A stretch of DNA of 55,691 bases from assembly GCA_038208905.1 (NCBI GenBank), contig JBBQYG010000006.1, positions 1 through 55,691 of the forward strand. Reading direction: 5' to 3'. The position numbers and the translations under genes were made by a program. Below, piece by piece: positions 37,744 to 47,009 of this stretch. This DNA comes from Candidatus Sumerlaeia bacterium. GTDB taxonomy: Bacteria; Sumerlaeota; Sumerlaeia; SLMS01. The notes under the pieces are model-generated. The model was not told where the DNA came from and did no database searches. It saw nothing but the letters and a program-made list of their open reading frames with translations. How positions within the stretch are numbered: the first letter of the stretch is position 1; the number at the start of each line of letters is the position of its first letter.

Positions 37744-37850
37744 GGGGAATGGGGAACGGGGAATCGGGAATGGGATCAAAGGAGTTGGTGCAGATAGTGA
37801 ATGAATCGCCGGGGGGCGATTCCATTCCCCATTCCCCATTTCCTGTTCCC
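37744..37850. repeat. Inverted pair of heptamer (GGGGAAT) tandem arrays
   Basis: About 4 GGGGAAT-like units (37744-37771) and about 4 ATTCCCC-like units (37824-37850). Confidence 0.75.
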
Positions 37851-37854
37851 ATCC

Positions 37855-40134
37855 TCACCCCTCCGCCGTAAGCGGTGCATACTTCAGCACAAAATCCTGC
37901 GCGCGCCCGTCGTCGAAGTCGATGCGGACGCGTTCCATGCCGGGGCGTCCACCCATTTCGCTGATGATGCCGGCGCCCATGTGGCGGTGGAGGACGCGCA
38001 TGCCCACGGTGAAGCGCGGCTTCTGGGCGCCTGCGGCGGCGAATCCGCCGGGGCGTCCGGTGCCGGAGGTGAGGCGCGAGTAAGCGCCCGCAGGCTGCGC
38101 GCGGCGGGGCTGCGAATCGCCGTCGTCGTCATACACAATCTCGCGCTCCTCGGGGCCAGCGTTCCCGCCCCATCCATAGGGAAGCAGCCTGCGCAGCGCG
38201 ACGACGCTCGAAGGATCGAAGACCTCCGGAGGCATCTCCGACAGGAAGATCGACGGCTGGTTCATCGACCACATGTCGGGCCGATTGCGCGACGCGCTAT
38301 ACATCAGCGTCAGGTTCTTTCGCGCGCGCGTGATCGCGACGTAGAACAGGCGGCGCTCCTCCTCCACCGCGTACTCCTCGAAGGACTCCTCGGCGCGGCT
38401 CGTGGGAAACACGCCCTTCTCCATGCCGACGAGATAGACGTGGAGATACTCCAGGCCCTTGGCGTTGTGGATCGTCAGCAGGTTGACCTTCGGCTTGCCG
38501 TCGTCCTTCTCCACCGCGGAGTCGAGCGCCATCGTGGTGAGGAACTCGGCAAGCTGGCTGGTCTCTCCGGTGGGCTGGAAGTCGGATAGCAGCCCCTCGA
38601 ACTCCGCGATATTCTCCAGCCGCGATTCGCCCTCGATGGACTTGGGATCGCCAACGCCCACGGTCTTGTACTCGGTGTCGGCGATGATTCGTTCAAGGAC
38701 CTCGCTGGGCGCGGAGGAAATGGAGAGTTCCTTCCAGCGCTTCATGCCGTCGACGAAAGCGCCCAGGCCCGCGCGGGCCTTCCCCTTGATTTCGCCCTCG
38801 TCGATCATGCGGTCGGTTGCGGCAAACATCGAAAGCCCGTTGCGCGCCGCCGTCTCGGCGATGCTCGCGAGGGTCTTGTCCCCGGCGCCGCGCGGCGGGC
38901 GGTTGGCCATGCGCTCGAACGCGAGGTCGTCGTGCGGATTCACCGCCAGGCGCATGAAGCCGAGGAGGTCCTTGATCTCCGCCCGGTCATAGAACCGCAG
39001 ACCGCCCACCATGCGATAGGGAATGCGATAGCGGCGCATTGCGTCCTCCACCGCGCGAGAGAGCCAGTGGCCCCGATAGAACACGGCGATCTCGTTGGGG
39101 TCCACGCCCTCCGCCTGGATCAGGCGGCTGCACTCGCGCGCGATGCGGTCGCCCTCGTCCTCCTGATTGGCCGAGGCGACGAACGCCAGCAGGTCGCCCT
39201 CGCCGTGCTCGGTGAAGAGCGTCTTGCCAATGCGCTGCGTGTTGCGCGCGATCACCGTGCTGGCGGCCTTGAGGATGTTACCCGTGCTGCGGTAGTTCTG
39301 CTCCAGCTTCACCAGCTTCGCGCCGGGAAAGCTCTTCTCGAAATCCAGCAGGTTGCTGATCTCCGCCCCGCGCCAGCTATAGATCGACTGGTCCTCGTCG
39401 CCCACGATGCAGATTTGCTTGTGGTCCCTGGCCAGCAGATTGGTCAGGAGGAACTGCGCCACGTTGGTGTCCTGGTACTCGTCCACCAGAAGGTACCGGT
39501 AACGGTCGCTCCAGCGGCGGCGCGCGGCGTCGTCGTTCTGGAACAGGAGGACTGTCCGCATCATCAGGTCCTCGAAATCCACGCTCTGGGCCTTGTCGAT
39601 GGTCTCCTGATAGCGTGCATAGATCGCGGCATAGGGGACCTCCTGCTCGTCCTCCTCCTCGCAATCCTTCGGCGTCAGCAGGCGCATCTTGGCCAGGTTG
39701 ATATACGTCTGCACCTGGCCGGGGCGCACGAGCTTGTCGGAAATCTCCAGTTCCTTGAGCACGCGCTTGATCGCCTGGAGCTGATCCTTGTCGTCGAGGA
39801 TCGCGAAGCTGGGATCAAGCCGCGCGGCCTCGGACTCGCGCCGCAGGATCGTGGCGCAGCGCGAGTGGAACGTGCCGATGGCGAGGCTTGGCGTGTCGGG
39901 AATGCCGATCAGGCGGCACACGCGCTCGCGCATTTCGCGGGCGGCCTTGTTGGTGAACGTCACCGCCATGATCTGGTGCAGCGGGATGCCGCACTCCAGA
40001 TGCAGGAACGCAATGCGGTGGGTGATCACGCGGGTCTTCCCCGTGCCCGCGCCGGCGACGATCATCAGCGGCGAGTTCAGGTGCAGCACGGCCTCGCGCT
40101 GGGCGGGATTCAGGCGGGCGAGAAGGTCTTCCAT
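37855..40134 (-). CDS. pcrA: ATP-dependent DNA helicase PcrA/UvrD
   Basis: AGAGTGKT, TFTNKAAREM, DEYQD, VGDEDQSIY, LEQNYRST, TIHNAKGLE, EERRLFYVAITRA, C-terminal RNAP-binding domain. Confidence 0.95.
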   Translation of the reverse strand: MEDLLARLNPAQREAVLHLNSPLMIVAGAGTGKTRVITHRIAFLHLECGIPLHQIMAVTFTNKAAREMRERVCRLIGIPDTPSLAIGTFHSRCATILRRESEAARLDPSFAILDDKDQLQAIKRVLKELEISDKLVRPGQVQTYINLAKMRLLTPKDCEEEDEQEVPYAAIYARYQETIDKAQSVDFEDLMMRTVLLFQNDDAARRRWSDRYRYLLVDEYQDTNVAQFLLTNLLARDHKQICIVGDEDQSIYSWRGAEISNLLDFEKSFPGAKLVKLEQNYRSTGNILKAASTVIARNTQRIGKTLFTEHGEGDLLAFVASANQEDEGDRIARECSRLIQAEGVDPNEIAVFYRGHWLSRAVEDAMRRYRIPYRMVGGLRFYDRAEIKDLLGFMRLAVNPHDDLAFERMANRPPRGAGDKTLASIAETAARNGLSMFAATDRMIDEGEIKGKARAGLGAFVDGMKRWKELSISSAPSEVLERIIADTEYKTVGVGDPKSIEGESRLENIAEFEGLLSDFQPTGETSQLAEFLTTMALDSAVEKDDGKPKVNLLTIHNAKGLEYLHVYLVGMEKGVFPTSRAEESFEEYAVEEERRLFYVAITRARKNLTLMYSASRNRPDMWSMNQPSIFLSEMPPEVFDPSSVVALRRLLPYGWGGNAGPEEREIVYDDDGDSQPRRAQPAGAYSRLTSGTGRPGGFAAAGAQKPRFTVGMRVLHRHMGAGIISEMGGRPGMERVRIDFDDGRAQDFVLKYAPLTAEG

Positions 40135-40170
40135 GGGGGGATTGGGAATGGGGAATTGGGAATGGAAAGG
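40135..40170. repeat. Heptamer (T/G)GGGAAT tandem array directly upstream of pcrA
   Basis: TGGGAAT GGGGAAT TGGGAAT. Confidence 0.65.
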
Positions 40171-40247
40171 AGGGGGCAGCGGCTGGACGGGATTTAGGGG
40201 AGTGGTGGGGGGGCGCGTGGGAAAGGGGAATGGTGGTCCACATGCAA

Positions 40248-40279
40248 CGAGCCCCCGCGAGTTGCGTCGCGGGGGCTCG
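40248..40279 (-). terminator. Hairpin terminator of the pilin-like operon
   Basis: 13-bp perfect stem CGAGCCCCCGCGA/TCGCGGGGGCTCG, 25 bp past the stop at 40305; weak U-tract. Confidence 0.65.
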
Positions 40280-40304
40280 GTGGGGAGGGAGGGGGAAGGG
40301 AGGT

Positions 40305-42518
40305 CTATCGGTTGGCCAGCGCGTACTCCAGGTTCACTATTTCCACGGGGGCCGTGCTGATCTCGATCACCAGGGGGATGCCGGGCGGCGGAACAGCGGC
40401 GCGCAGCGAGGAGTCCCAGTTGTAGTTACGATTCGGCGGAGTGCGGTAGACCTTGCTGCCCGAAACGCCGACCACGTCGCTGGAGTCACGGAAGCGACGG
40501 ACCGCGATGCCGCTGGAGTAAAGGCAGATGATCGAGCCGCTGAAGGTGTGCGTGGCGCCGCCCCAATCCTCCAGATAGCGGATCGTGTTGTGAACTCCGC
40601 CGGTGCCGACGACGTTGGGGCGGTTGCCGGCGACGGGATACTCGGAAGGCGTGTTACCCAGCAGCACGATCGCGTTCTGGGTGGTATTCACGGCCTTGTT
40701 TCTGGCCGTTCCGGACCATGAATAGGCACTCGCCGTCCAATCGTTGCCCATCGCGCGGGTGAAGCCATTCATGATCGGGTTTCCCGCCGCATTCAGATCG
40801 GGGATCCTGTCGGCGTCGTTGCTGTCAGTAATGGCCAACTGGGTCGTATAGGCGGTGGCGGTGAAGGAGTCTCCACCGATCACGGCGGTGGCCTTGTTGG
40901 CCGTGTTGAAGTTGCCAGCCACGTAAAGTGGGCGGTCGGTATAGAACGCGAAGGCATTGCTCGCGTTCCTTGGAATCTGCGCGCCGTTGATAATGCGCAC
41001 GGCGGGCATGTAGGTGTTCCGGCCGGCCTGCACGGTGCCGCCCTCCACAAAGGAGGCGGGAAGCGCGGTGCCCGTGGCAACCCAACCGGCCTGGCCAGCG
41101 TCGGTGACGGGAATGCCCTTGCTATCGAACTGGATATCGCCCGCCGCCGTGAACTTGATCACGGGGTCGGTGTTGTCGGCGTTCAGCACGAAGGCGTCGG
41201 CGGTGCCGGGGATCGTTTCGCCGGGCTTGGTCGTGACGTAAAGCACTCCCCTGCCTTCGACGAAGTTGACCACCGTCTGCTGGCGCAGGATGTTCATATT
41301 GATGTCGATTGTCCTGACGACGGTGTTCTGCTGCCCGTCGTAGAACTCGCCGATGCTGACGACGGAGGTGCCGCCAAAGGAGGGAATCGAAGCGAGCTGG
41401 ACGATGTTGCGGCTGCCGTCGCCATTCAGGGTCACCTTGTAGGCCTTGATGGAGGCCGTGTTTCCAGGATCGCCGGCGATGATCATGTCGGCCTGATACT
41501 CGAACTTGGTGTTCTCGGCCTCGACAGAATCAGCGGAGGAGGCGCGCTCCAGAAGCTGGCGCGAGCTAAAGCCGGGGGGAAGCGGCGGGCGGATATAGCC
41601 CACCCCGTGGGCCGAGTCCTTCACATTGCCGCCCCACTTCTTCAGCGATTCGTCGTACCAGTTCACGTCCTTGTGTGTCAGGTAGTTGTCGCTGTCGGCG
41701 GGGTTGTTGTCGCCTATCATGCCAGCGAACTTCTTCCCCTCGCGGGTGGTGCCGCCCGTCGGGCTAATCACATTCACATCGCCCGATGGGTCGGAGAGGC
41801 CCGCGGGGCGCGTGTAGCGGTAGATGTTGCCCGCCGACGTGACCGGCGCGTGATAGAACATGCCGGAGTTTCCCGCCAGGTACATGTCGGAGTTCGAGTG
41901 TGTCTTGCCGCGAACGTCCATGACGGGGCCGGGGAACAGCTCCATGTCGCCCTCGTAGAAGATCGCATACTGGTAAAGCGGGATGTAGTCGATCTTCAGG
42001 CGCGTCTTCACGCCCATGCCATCGACGCCCAAGGTGTCCGAGTTGTTGTTCGTGTCGCGCACGAAGGAGATAATCTCATAGTCCAGACGCGACGTGGTAT
42101 ACTGGTACCACGGGTCCGACGGGTCGGTGATCTCGCGATACTCGATCGTGTCGTTGGGGCCGCGGTCCTTGACGTAGGTCAGGGGCTCTCCGCTGCTATT
42201 GGTCACAAACTCGATCCCCGGCACCGTGTCCGGGGTGATCGAATGGATGATCGGGTTGATCGAATCCAGGTTGCCGCCAAGCTGGGGCGGGCGCGTGCGC
42301 GCGATGTTGGTCACGTTGTTGGCAAGGATGCGCAGGGTGGCTTTCGCCCCCTCCATCGCGTTGCCAACGGCCCGTGCCCGGTGGGTTTGGCGGGTCTCCT
42401 GCTGAACGTTGGTCAGGACGCCTGCGACGACGATCGAGAAGACGAGAACGAAAATCATCGTCAGGACGAGTGCCGTTCCCTTCTTTGCCTTCTCGCGCTT
42501 CTTGAGGGGGTGCCTCAT
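40305..42518 (-). CDS. Large PilX/HpsA-like minor pilin
   Basis: Basic leader KKG|TALVLTMIFVLV (no Glu5); YQYAIFYEGDME..PG; C-terminal GGVHNTIRYLEDWG...GS...PPNRNYNWD...PPPG. Confidence 0.75.
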   Translation of the reverse strand: MRHPLKKREKAKKGTALVLTMIFVLVFSIVVAGVLTNVQQETRQTHRARAVGNAMEGAKATLRILANNVTNIARTRPPQLGGNLDSINPIIHSITPDTVPGIEFVTNSSGEPLTYVKDRGPNDTIEYREITDPSDPWYQYTTSRLDYEIISFVRDTNNNSDTLGVDGMGVKTRLKIDYIPLYQYAIFYEGDMELFPGPVMDVRGKTHSNSDMYLAGNSGMFYHAPVTSAGNIYRYTRPAGLSDPSGDVNVISPTGGTTREGKKFAGMIGDNNPADSDNYLTHKDVNWYDESLKKWGGNVKDSAHGVGYIRPPLPPGFSSRQLLERASSADSVEAENTKFEYQADMIIAGDPGNTASIKAYKVTLNGDGSRNIVQLASIPSFGGTSVVSIGEFYDGQQNTVVRTIDINMNILRQQTVVNFVEGRGVLYVTTKPGETIPGTADAFVLNADNTDPVIKFTAAGDIQFDSKGIPVTDAGQAGWVATGTALPASFVEGGTVQAGRNTYMPAVRIINGAQIPRNASNAFAFYTDRPLYVAGNFNTANKATAVIGGDSFTATAYTTQLAITDSNDADRIPDLNAAGNPIMNGFTRAMGNDWTASAYSWSGTARNKAVNTTQNAIVLLGNTPSEYPVAGNRPNVVGTGGVHNTIRYLEDWGGATHTFSGSIICLYSSGIAVRRFRDSSDVVGVSGSKVYRTPPNRNYNWDSSLRAAVPPPGIPLVIEISTAPVEIVNLEYALANR

Positions 42519-42561
42519 GGGACTGCTCCTTCGGTGGAATCCGTGAGTAGGGGGTAAGGCG

Positions 42562-43224
42562 TCAGATCGACGACAGGTTTGTGGGGGAAATAATCAGTCG
42601 CACCAGAAAGCCCTGAAAGCCGGGCCCTGTGATCTTGTTGGTCTGATCCGTCGCCGGATCGATGGGGTCGCCAATGCGCGCCAGCATCTCCACCGACGGG
42701 CGGGTGGCCCCTGTCACCTGGCGAAACACGAAGGCGGGCGCGGCGCCCTCCTTGTAGGGAGTAACCCAGGGGAGCACGGTCTCTTCTCTGCTTGATAGCA
42801 CCACATTGGCGGGGCTGCGCACCGTCGTGCGCATCACGATCCGGTTGTCCTCGATCGTCTCCGGCTTGTTGTCGCCGTCCACAAATTCTAGCTCCACGGT
42901 AACCACATTCACGACATACAGATACCCCGTCGCCTCCCCGGCGTCGACGACGAACTGGCTGTCGGTACCGCTGAGGCGGACGAGCGTGGGGCTGATGAGC
43001 GTGATCGCCTGGCTGCGCGTCGTCTCCACATCCATCTTCTGCATGAACAGGTTCACTTGCTTTTGCATCGTCTGCTGCTGGCGGATGCTCTTCAGCGTCC
43101 GCGCATAGCTGATCGTGGAGGGGATGATGATGCCGATCACGATCGCCAGAATCGCGACGGAGACCATGACCTCTGTCATCGTGAAGCCGCGGCGGCGGCG
43201 AGTGGGGTTGGCTGCGAGTGGCAT
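42562..43224 (-). CDS. Prepilin-type N-methylation domain protein (PilW/PulJ-like)
   Basis: RRRRG|FTMTEVMVSVAIL. Confidence 0.85.
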   Translation of the reverse strand: MPLAANPTRRRRGFTMTEVMVSVAILAIVIGIIIPSTISYARTLKSIRQQQTMQKQVNLFMQKMDVETTRSQAITLISPTLVRLSGTDSQFVVDAGEATGYLYVVNVVTVELEFVDGDNKPETIEDNRIVMRTTVRSPANVVLSSREETVLPWVTPYKEGAAPAFVFRQVTGATRPSVEMLARIGDPIDPATDQTNKITGPGFQGFLVRLIISPTNLSSI

Positions 43225-43239
43225 TTGTTCGGTGGCTCC

Positions 43240-43929
43240 TTACTGGCGGGGGCGCAGCAGCGTGCGCGTGATCGTGCGGAAGGAAGAACCATTCCCCCAG
43301 CTCACGATCACGCGGAGCGTCTTGCCGTTGTTGATGAAGTATTCCGTCGTGGAATCGGGGGTTACGGTGAAGGGCGTGGTGGTGGCGCCCGAAAGGTCCG
43401 CCGTCAGGTTGAGCTGATTGGCGGTGTTCCCGGAGATACGCATGATCTGTCCAATGCCGCGGCCCGCCACGAACGAAATGTAGCTGCCGGTCCACTCGTC
43501 AGGGGTCCAAGCCGACTGCGTCGAGGGGAACGTGGTGACGTTGATCGAGGTGCCGCTGGCGGTGGAAACCCGCCCCCAGCCCGTTACTTGATAGTAGACC
43601 CGGCAGGTGGTCGCCTGGCGCGTAAATTGTGGATCGGACCGGACAAGCAGGGGGCTGTTTTCGCGAAAGTTGAACTGCGCCTCGAAGGAGTTCGTCGGAA
43701 GGCCCGGCTCGCCTATCTTCGCGAAGTCCGCCGCCCGCGTCAGGCCCTGGTAGTAGCTCGCGATCTGGAGGGCCTCGAACTGCTGCTTGTTCTGCTTGCT
43801 CTGGGCGATCAGGTAGATGATCGACGACATGAAGGCGATCGTAGTGACCGACGCGATCACCAGAGAGATCATCACCTCCGCCAGGGTGAGCCCCTGATCG
43901 CGCCGCTTGCTTTTCTTGAAGAGCCGCAT
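43240..43929 (-). CDS. Prepilin-type protein (PilV-like)
   Basis: RRDQG|LTLAEVMISLVI; C-terminal VIVSW. Confidence 0.85.
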   Translation of the reverse strand: MRLFKKSKRRDQGLTLAEVMISLVIASVTTIAFMSSIIYLIAQSKQNKQQFEALQIASYYQGLTRAADFAKIGEPGLPTNSFEAQFNFRENSPLLVRSDPQFTRQATTCRVYYQVTGWGRVSTASGTSINVTTFPSTQSAWTPDEWTGSYISFVAGRGIGQIMRISGNTANQLNLTADLSGATTTPFTVTPDSTTEYFINNGKTLRVIVSWGNGSSFRTITRTLLRPRQ

Positions 43930-43971
43930 GGAGTTTCTGTCCGAATGGATTGACTGCCTGCATCTACCGTC

Positions 43972-43987
43972 TGCAATACCCAAACCA
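43972..43987 (-). promoter_or_regulatory. sigma54 (-24/-12) promoter of the pilin operon
   Basis: Minus strand TGGTTTGGGTATTGCA, GG-N10-GC, 43 bp upstream of the ATG. Confidence 0.6.
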
Positions 43988-44015
43988 AATCCAAGAAACA
44001 TCTCAACATCAACGA

Positions 44016-44028
44016 TATCAGCACTTTA
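44016..44028 (+). promoter_or_regulatory. IHF-like site
   Basis: TATCAGCACTTTA versus WATCAANNNNTTR (1 mismatch), lying between enhancer and promoter. Confidence 0.4.
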
Positions 44029-44071
44029 TGCAAAATCCGAGCTTCCCCGACGCGGCCATCCGGGGTGTAAC

Positions 44072-44088
44072 TGCACCGATTCTGTGCA
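44072..44088. promoter_or_regulatory. Enhancer-like palindrome TGCAC-N7-GTGCA (NtrC-type box)
   Basis: TGCACCGATTCTGTGCA, 85-100 bp upstream of the -24 element. Confidence 0.55.
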
Positions 44089-44104
44089 ACATCGAAGGCA
44101 GCGG

Positions 44105-45529
44105 CTACCGCGCCGCCAGCGCCTTGACCATCTCGTCGATACGCGCCCGGATCGCGTTGGCGCTCCCCGTATAGTTGTTGGCCATGATCGAAAAGACGAT
44201 GGTTTTCCCACCCGACGCGCTCACATAGCCGCTCAGCGCCGAAGCGCCGTCCAGCGTCCCCGTCTTCGCCCGGACCCGCCGCGCCATGCCATCGTCGGAG
44301 AGGCGATATCGCAGGGTGCCGCTGACACCGCTGACCGGAAGGCTCGCCACGAACCACTCCGTGTCGCGCCGCGCGCGGAGGAGCTGGACCAGGGCGTTGG
44401 GCGTGATCGCGTTCTCCCGGGAGAGCCCGCTGCCGTCCGACGCCGAAACCTCCCGCGGATCCACCCCGATGCTCTTCCAGAACTCGTCCTCAAGCCGGTA
44501 GGAGGCCCGATAGCTGGCCGCGCCGAACCGGTCGGCCCCCGCCAGCAGATAGAGCGACTCCGCCGCGAAGTTATTGCTCGACTCCATGCAGAAGGTCAGC
44601 GCCTCGGTGGCGGTGGCTCCCTCCACCGTCGCCAGGACCGTCACTCCGCGCGGCGCCTCCGCCAACAGGCGGACGGTTCCATCGATGGTGATCCCCGCGC
44701 TCTTGAACGCCTCGGCCAGCACCGCGGCGGCATGCTCCACGGGATTCCCCATCGGCAGCGACCGGATCGCCGGCTGGCTTCCAGCGGGTATCGCGCCCAG
44801 AACCGTCACCGTGCGGCCCTCCAGACTCCGGACGAGCCGCAGCGTGGAGGCCGACCCAGCGCCACCCGTGGTTGCCTGGTTCAGAATCTCGAAGGCCGAC
44901 TCGGGCGCCTCCACCGAGGGCGCGCGCCCCGCGCCGGCGGGGGTGATCCTGACCGCGGCCAACCCCTCGTTCATCGCCAGCACCGCGGGGCGCCCGGCAT
45001 AGCTGGCGTCCAAATCGTCCCAGCGCCAGCCCGGGGGAATCGGCGACGGCTCCTCGAAGCGGCCCGTGCGAATCACCAGATCCCCGGCCACGCGCTGGAG
45101 CCCCGCCTCGCGCGCCCTGCGCGCGATTTCCCGGAGCATCGATTCCCCGGGGCGCCCGCCGCCAAGCTGGGCCATCCACGTGGGATCGCCAGAGGGATAC
45201 AGAACCACGTTCCCGCGCGACGCCCCCGACGAATCGAGGCCGTCGCAGCGCAGCTCGGTGAAGAAGCGCGTCTCCGCCTTGAACCGCCCCGTGGCGAGCG
45301 CGGCGGTCACCAGCTTGCGGTTGCTCGCCGGCACAAATAGCCGCTGGCCATTGATGTCGGCCAGCACCTTGCCGCTCTCGGCCTCCGCCGCATAGATACC
45401 CCACAGCGCGAACCGCGCCCCTCCCTCGGAGGTCATTTTCTCGAACTGCTGGTCCAGGGGAGCCGCCCGAGCGGAAGCCACGATCAGGAAAACGGCGAGG
45501 AAGACGCGGGCAAATTGGGAAGAGGACAT
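44105..45529 (-). CDS. dacB: D-alanyl-D-alanine carboxypeptidase/endopeptidase PBP4
   Basis: PASNRK (SxxK), SNN, DGSGLSR, AKTGTL; signal peptide. Confidence 0.92.
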   Translation of the reverse strand: MSSSQFARVFLAVFLIVASARAAPLDQQFEKMTSEGGARFALWGIYAAEAESGKVLADINGQRLFVPASNRKLVTAALATGRFKAETRFFTELRCDGLDSSGASRGNVVLYPSGDPTWMAQLGGGRPGESMLREIARRAREAGLQRVAGDLVIRTGRFEEPSPIPPGWRWDDLDASYAGRPAVLAMNEGLAAVRITPAGAGRAPSVEAPESAFEILNQATTGGAGSASTLRLVRSLEGRTVTVLGAIPAGSQPAIRSLPMGNPVEHAAAVLAEAFKSAGITIDGTVRLLAEAPRGVTVLATVEGATATEALTFCMESSNNFAAESLYLLAGADRFGAASYRASYRLEDEFWKSIGVDPREVSASDGSGLSRENAITPNALVQLLRARRDTEWFVASLPVSGVSGTLRYRLSDDGMARRVRAKTGTLDGASALSGYVSASGGKTIVFSIMANNYTGSANAIRARIDEMVKALAAR

Positions 45530-45616
45530 CGAGAAGCGATCCTTGGTCGGAGGCGGTGGCGCCACACCGTCAGCCTCCGGCGAGAGGAGCATCAAGAAAA
45601 AGGACCAGTCAAATTG

Positions 45617-46156
45617 CTACAGATTCCACCGGTACTGCGCGGGGTTTTCCAGAAAGGCGTCGTCGAGCGCCTTGAGCACACCGGCGGGGGAGGCGGGGTC
45701 GATCACCGTGGCGGTGGCGAGGAACGCCCGAAGCCCCGATCGCCGCAGCCGCAGGAGCGCAACCGTAGCGCCCGCGGGAATTCGCGCGAGGGCGGCGTCC
45801 AGCGCCGCCACCGCCTCGGCGGAGCCAAGGCAGGGGGCCGGAACCACGTGCAGCGGCGCGTCGGCGATGCCGCCCCGGCGGAACCACTGCGAGGTTGCGG
45901 CATCGAACGGAGTGGCGAGCGAGATGTAGTGAATCCCGGCGCCGCTTGCGGCGCCCTGAAAATCCAGGCGCCCGGCGGCGGCGCGGTCGGCGCGGCCCAG
46001 AGCCGCGTATCCGCGCGCGGCACAGGCGATGCGCTTTGCCTCGGCTAGGGAAAAGCGCCCCTTAAGCGAGCCGCCCGCGAGCCGTTTCGCAACGGCCCGC
46101 GGGGCGGGAAGCATCTTGGCGCCAAGCAGCGCCAACTGCCAGCGAAGCGTCTTCAG
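45617..46156 (-). CDS. Hypothetical protein, distant LpxL-type acyltransferase-like C-terminus
   Basis: Fills the operon gap; ends ENPAQYRW (compare PEQYxW); start uncertain (CTG 46156 or ATG 46114). Confidence 0.4.
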   Translation of the reverse strand: MKTLRWQLALLGAKMLPAPRAVAKRLAGGSLKGRFSLAEAKRIACAARGYAALGRADRAAAGRLDFQGAASGAGIHYISLATPFDAATSQWFRRGGIADAPLHVVPAPCLGSAEAVAALDAALARIPAGATVALLRLRRSGLRAFLATATVIDPASPAGVLKALDDAFLENPAQYRWNL

Positions 46157-46908
46157 CTTCCGAGGCGCTCGAGGTTGCTCAGATGCTTCTGGGCGCGCTC
46201 GGTGTGCTTCGCGTCGTTGTTTCGCATGCTCAGCTCCAGCACCTTCTTCCACTGGGCGATGGCCTGGGCGTGCCAGTTGGGGCGCTTCTCATAGACGATC
46301 GCCAGGTTGTTGTGGGCGGGAAGGTAATCGGGATTGAGCTCGATCGCGCTCTGGTAGGCCGCCGTTGCGCTTTCGTAGTCGCCGCGCCGCATGAACTCGA
46401 CCGCGTCGCGGCAGAGCTTGTCGATGCGGTCCTTCACCGGGCCGCTATCGTCGGGCCGGGCCACCGTGGAGGGGGTGGACGTGGTGGCGGAAGGCATCGA
46501 GGGCACTGCGGGGCCGGAACGCGACGGCGCGGTGACGCCTCCGGCGGGGGACTTCTCGTTCTGGGCGTGTGCGAGGCGTGCGACGAGTTGATCGCCCTCC
46601 GCGCCGGTCACGATGTCGAAGATCGAGTCGAGCTTGGACACCATCAGGATGTCGCTGACGCTGCGGCTTGGGTTGATCAGCGAAAGCCGCGCGCGGTGCT
46701 TGTTGGCGGTGACCTTGATCCCGACCAAGGCGCCCAGCCCGGCGCTGTCGATGAAGTCCACGCCCGAAAGGTCCAGATTGGCCTGGGTTACCTGTGCGTT
46801 GATGAACTGGAGAATCGTGGTCTTCAGGCGGTCGCACTCGTCGAGGACGATACGGCCCTTGAGCCTGAAGAGAACGGTGTCCTGTGCCGCGTAGATCCTG
46901 ACTTCCAT
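46153..46908 (-). CDS. STAS (anti-sigma factor antagonist) - TPR fusion
   Basis: LDLSGVDFIDSAGLGALV; Pro/Ser/Thr linker; AIELNPDYLPAHNNLAIVY. Confidence 0.88.
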   Translation of the reverse strand: MEVRIYAAQDTVLFRLKGRIVLDECDRLKTTILQFINAQVTQANLDLSGVDFIDSAGLGALVGIKVTANKHRARLSLINPSRSVSDILMVSKLDSIFDIVTGAEGDQLVARLAHAQNEKSPAGGVTAPSRSGPAVPSMPSATTSTPSTVARPDDSGPVKDRIDKLCRDAVEFMRRGDYESATAAYQSAIELNPDYLPAHNNLAIVYEKRPNWHAQAIAQWKKVLELSMRNNDAKHTERAQKHLSNLERLGS

Positions 46909-47009
46909 GTGGTCTCCATGCGCTTGATCGCTAAAGTGTCACTCAGTGTCAACCGCCGCCCGCCATGTGCCAAGCGTTTCCGTGACGCGGGTTGGCGGGG
47001 CAATTCAGA

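Noticed and set aside
46958-46972. sigma54 promoter upstream of the STAS-TPR gene (TGGCAC-N7-GC, minus strand)
   Set aside because: It lacks the TTGC -12 element in a GC-rich context, and no enhancer is evident.
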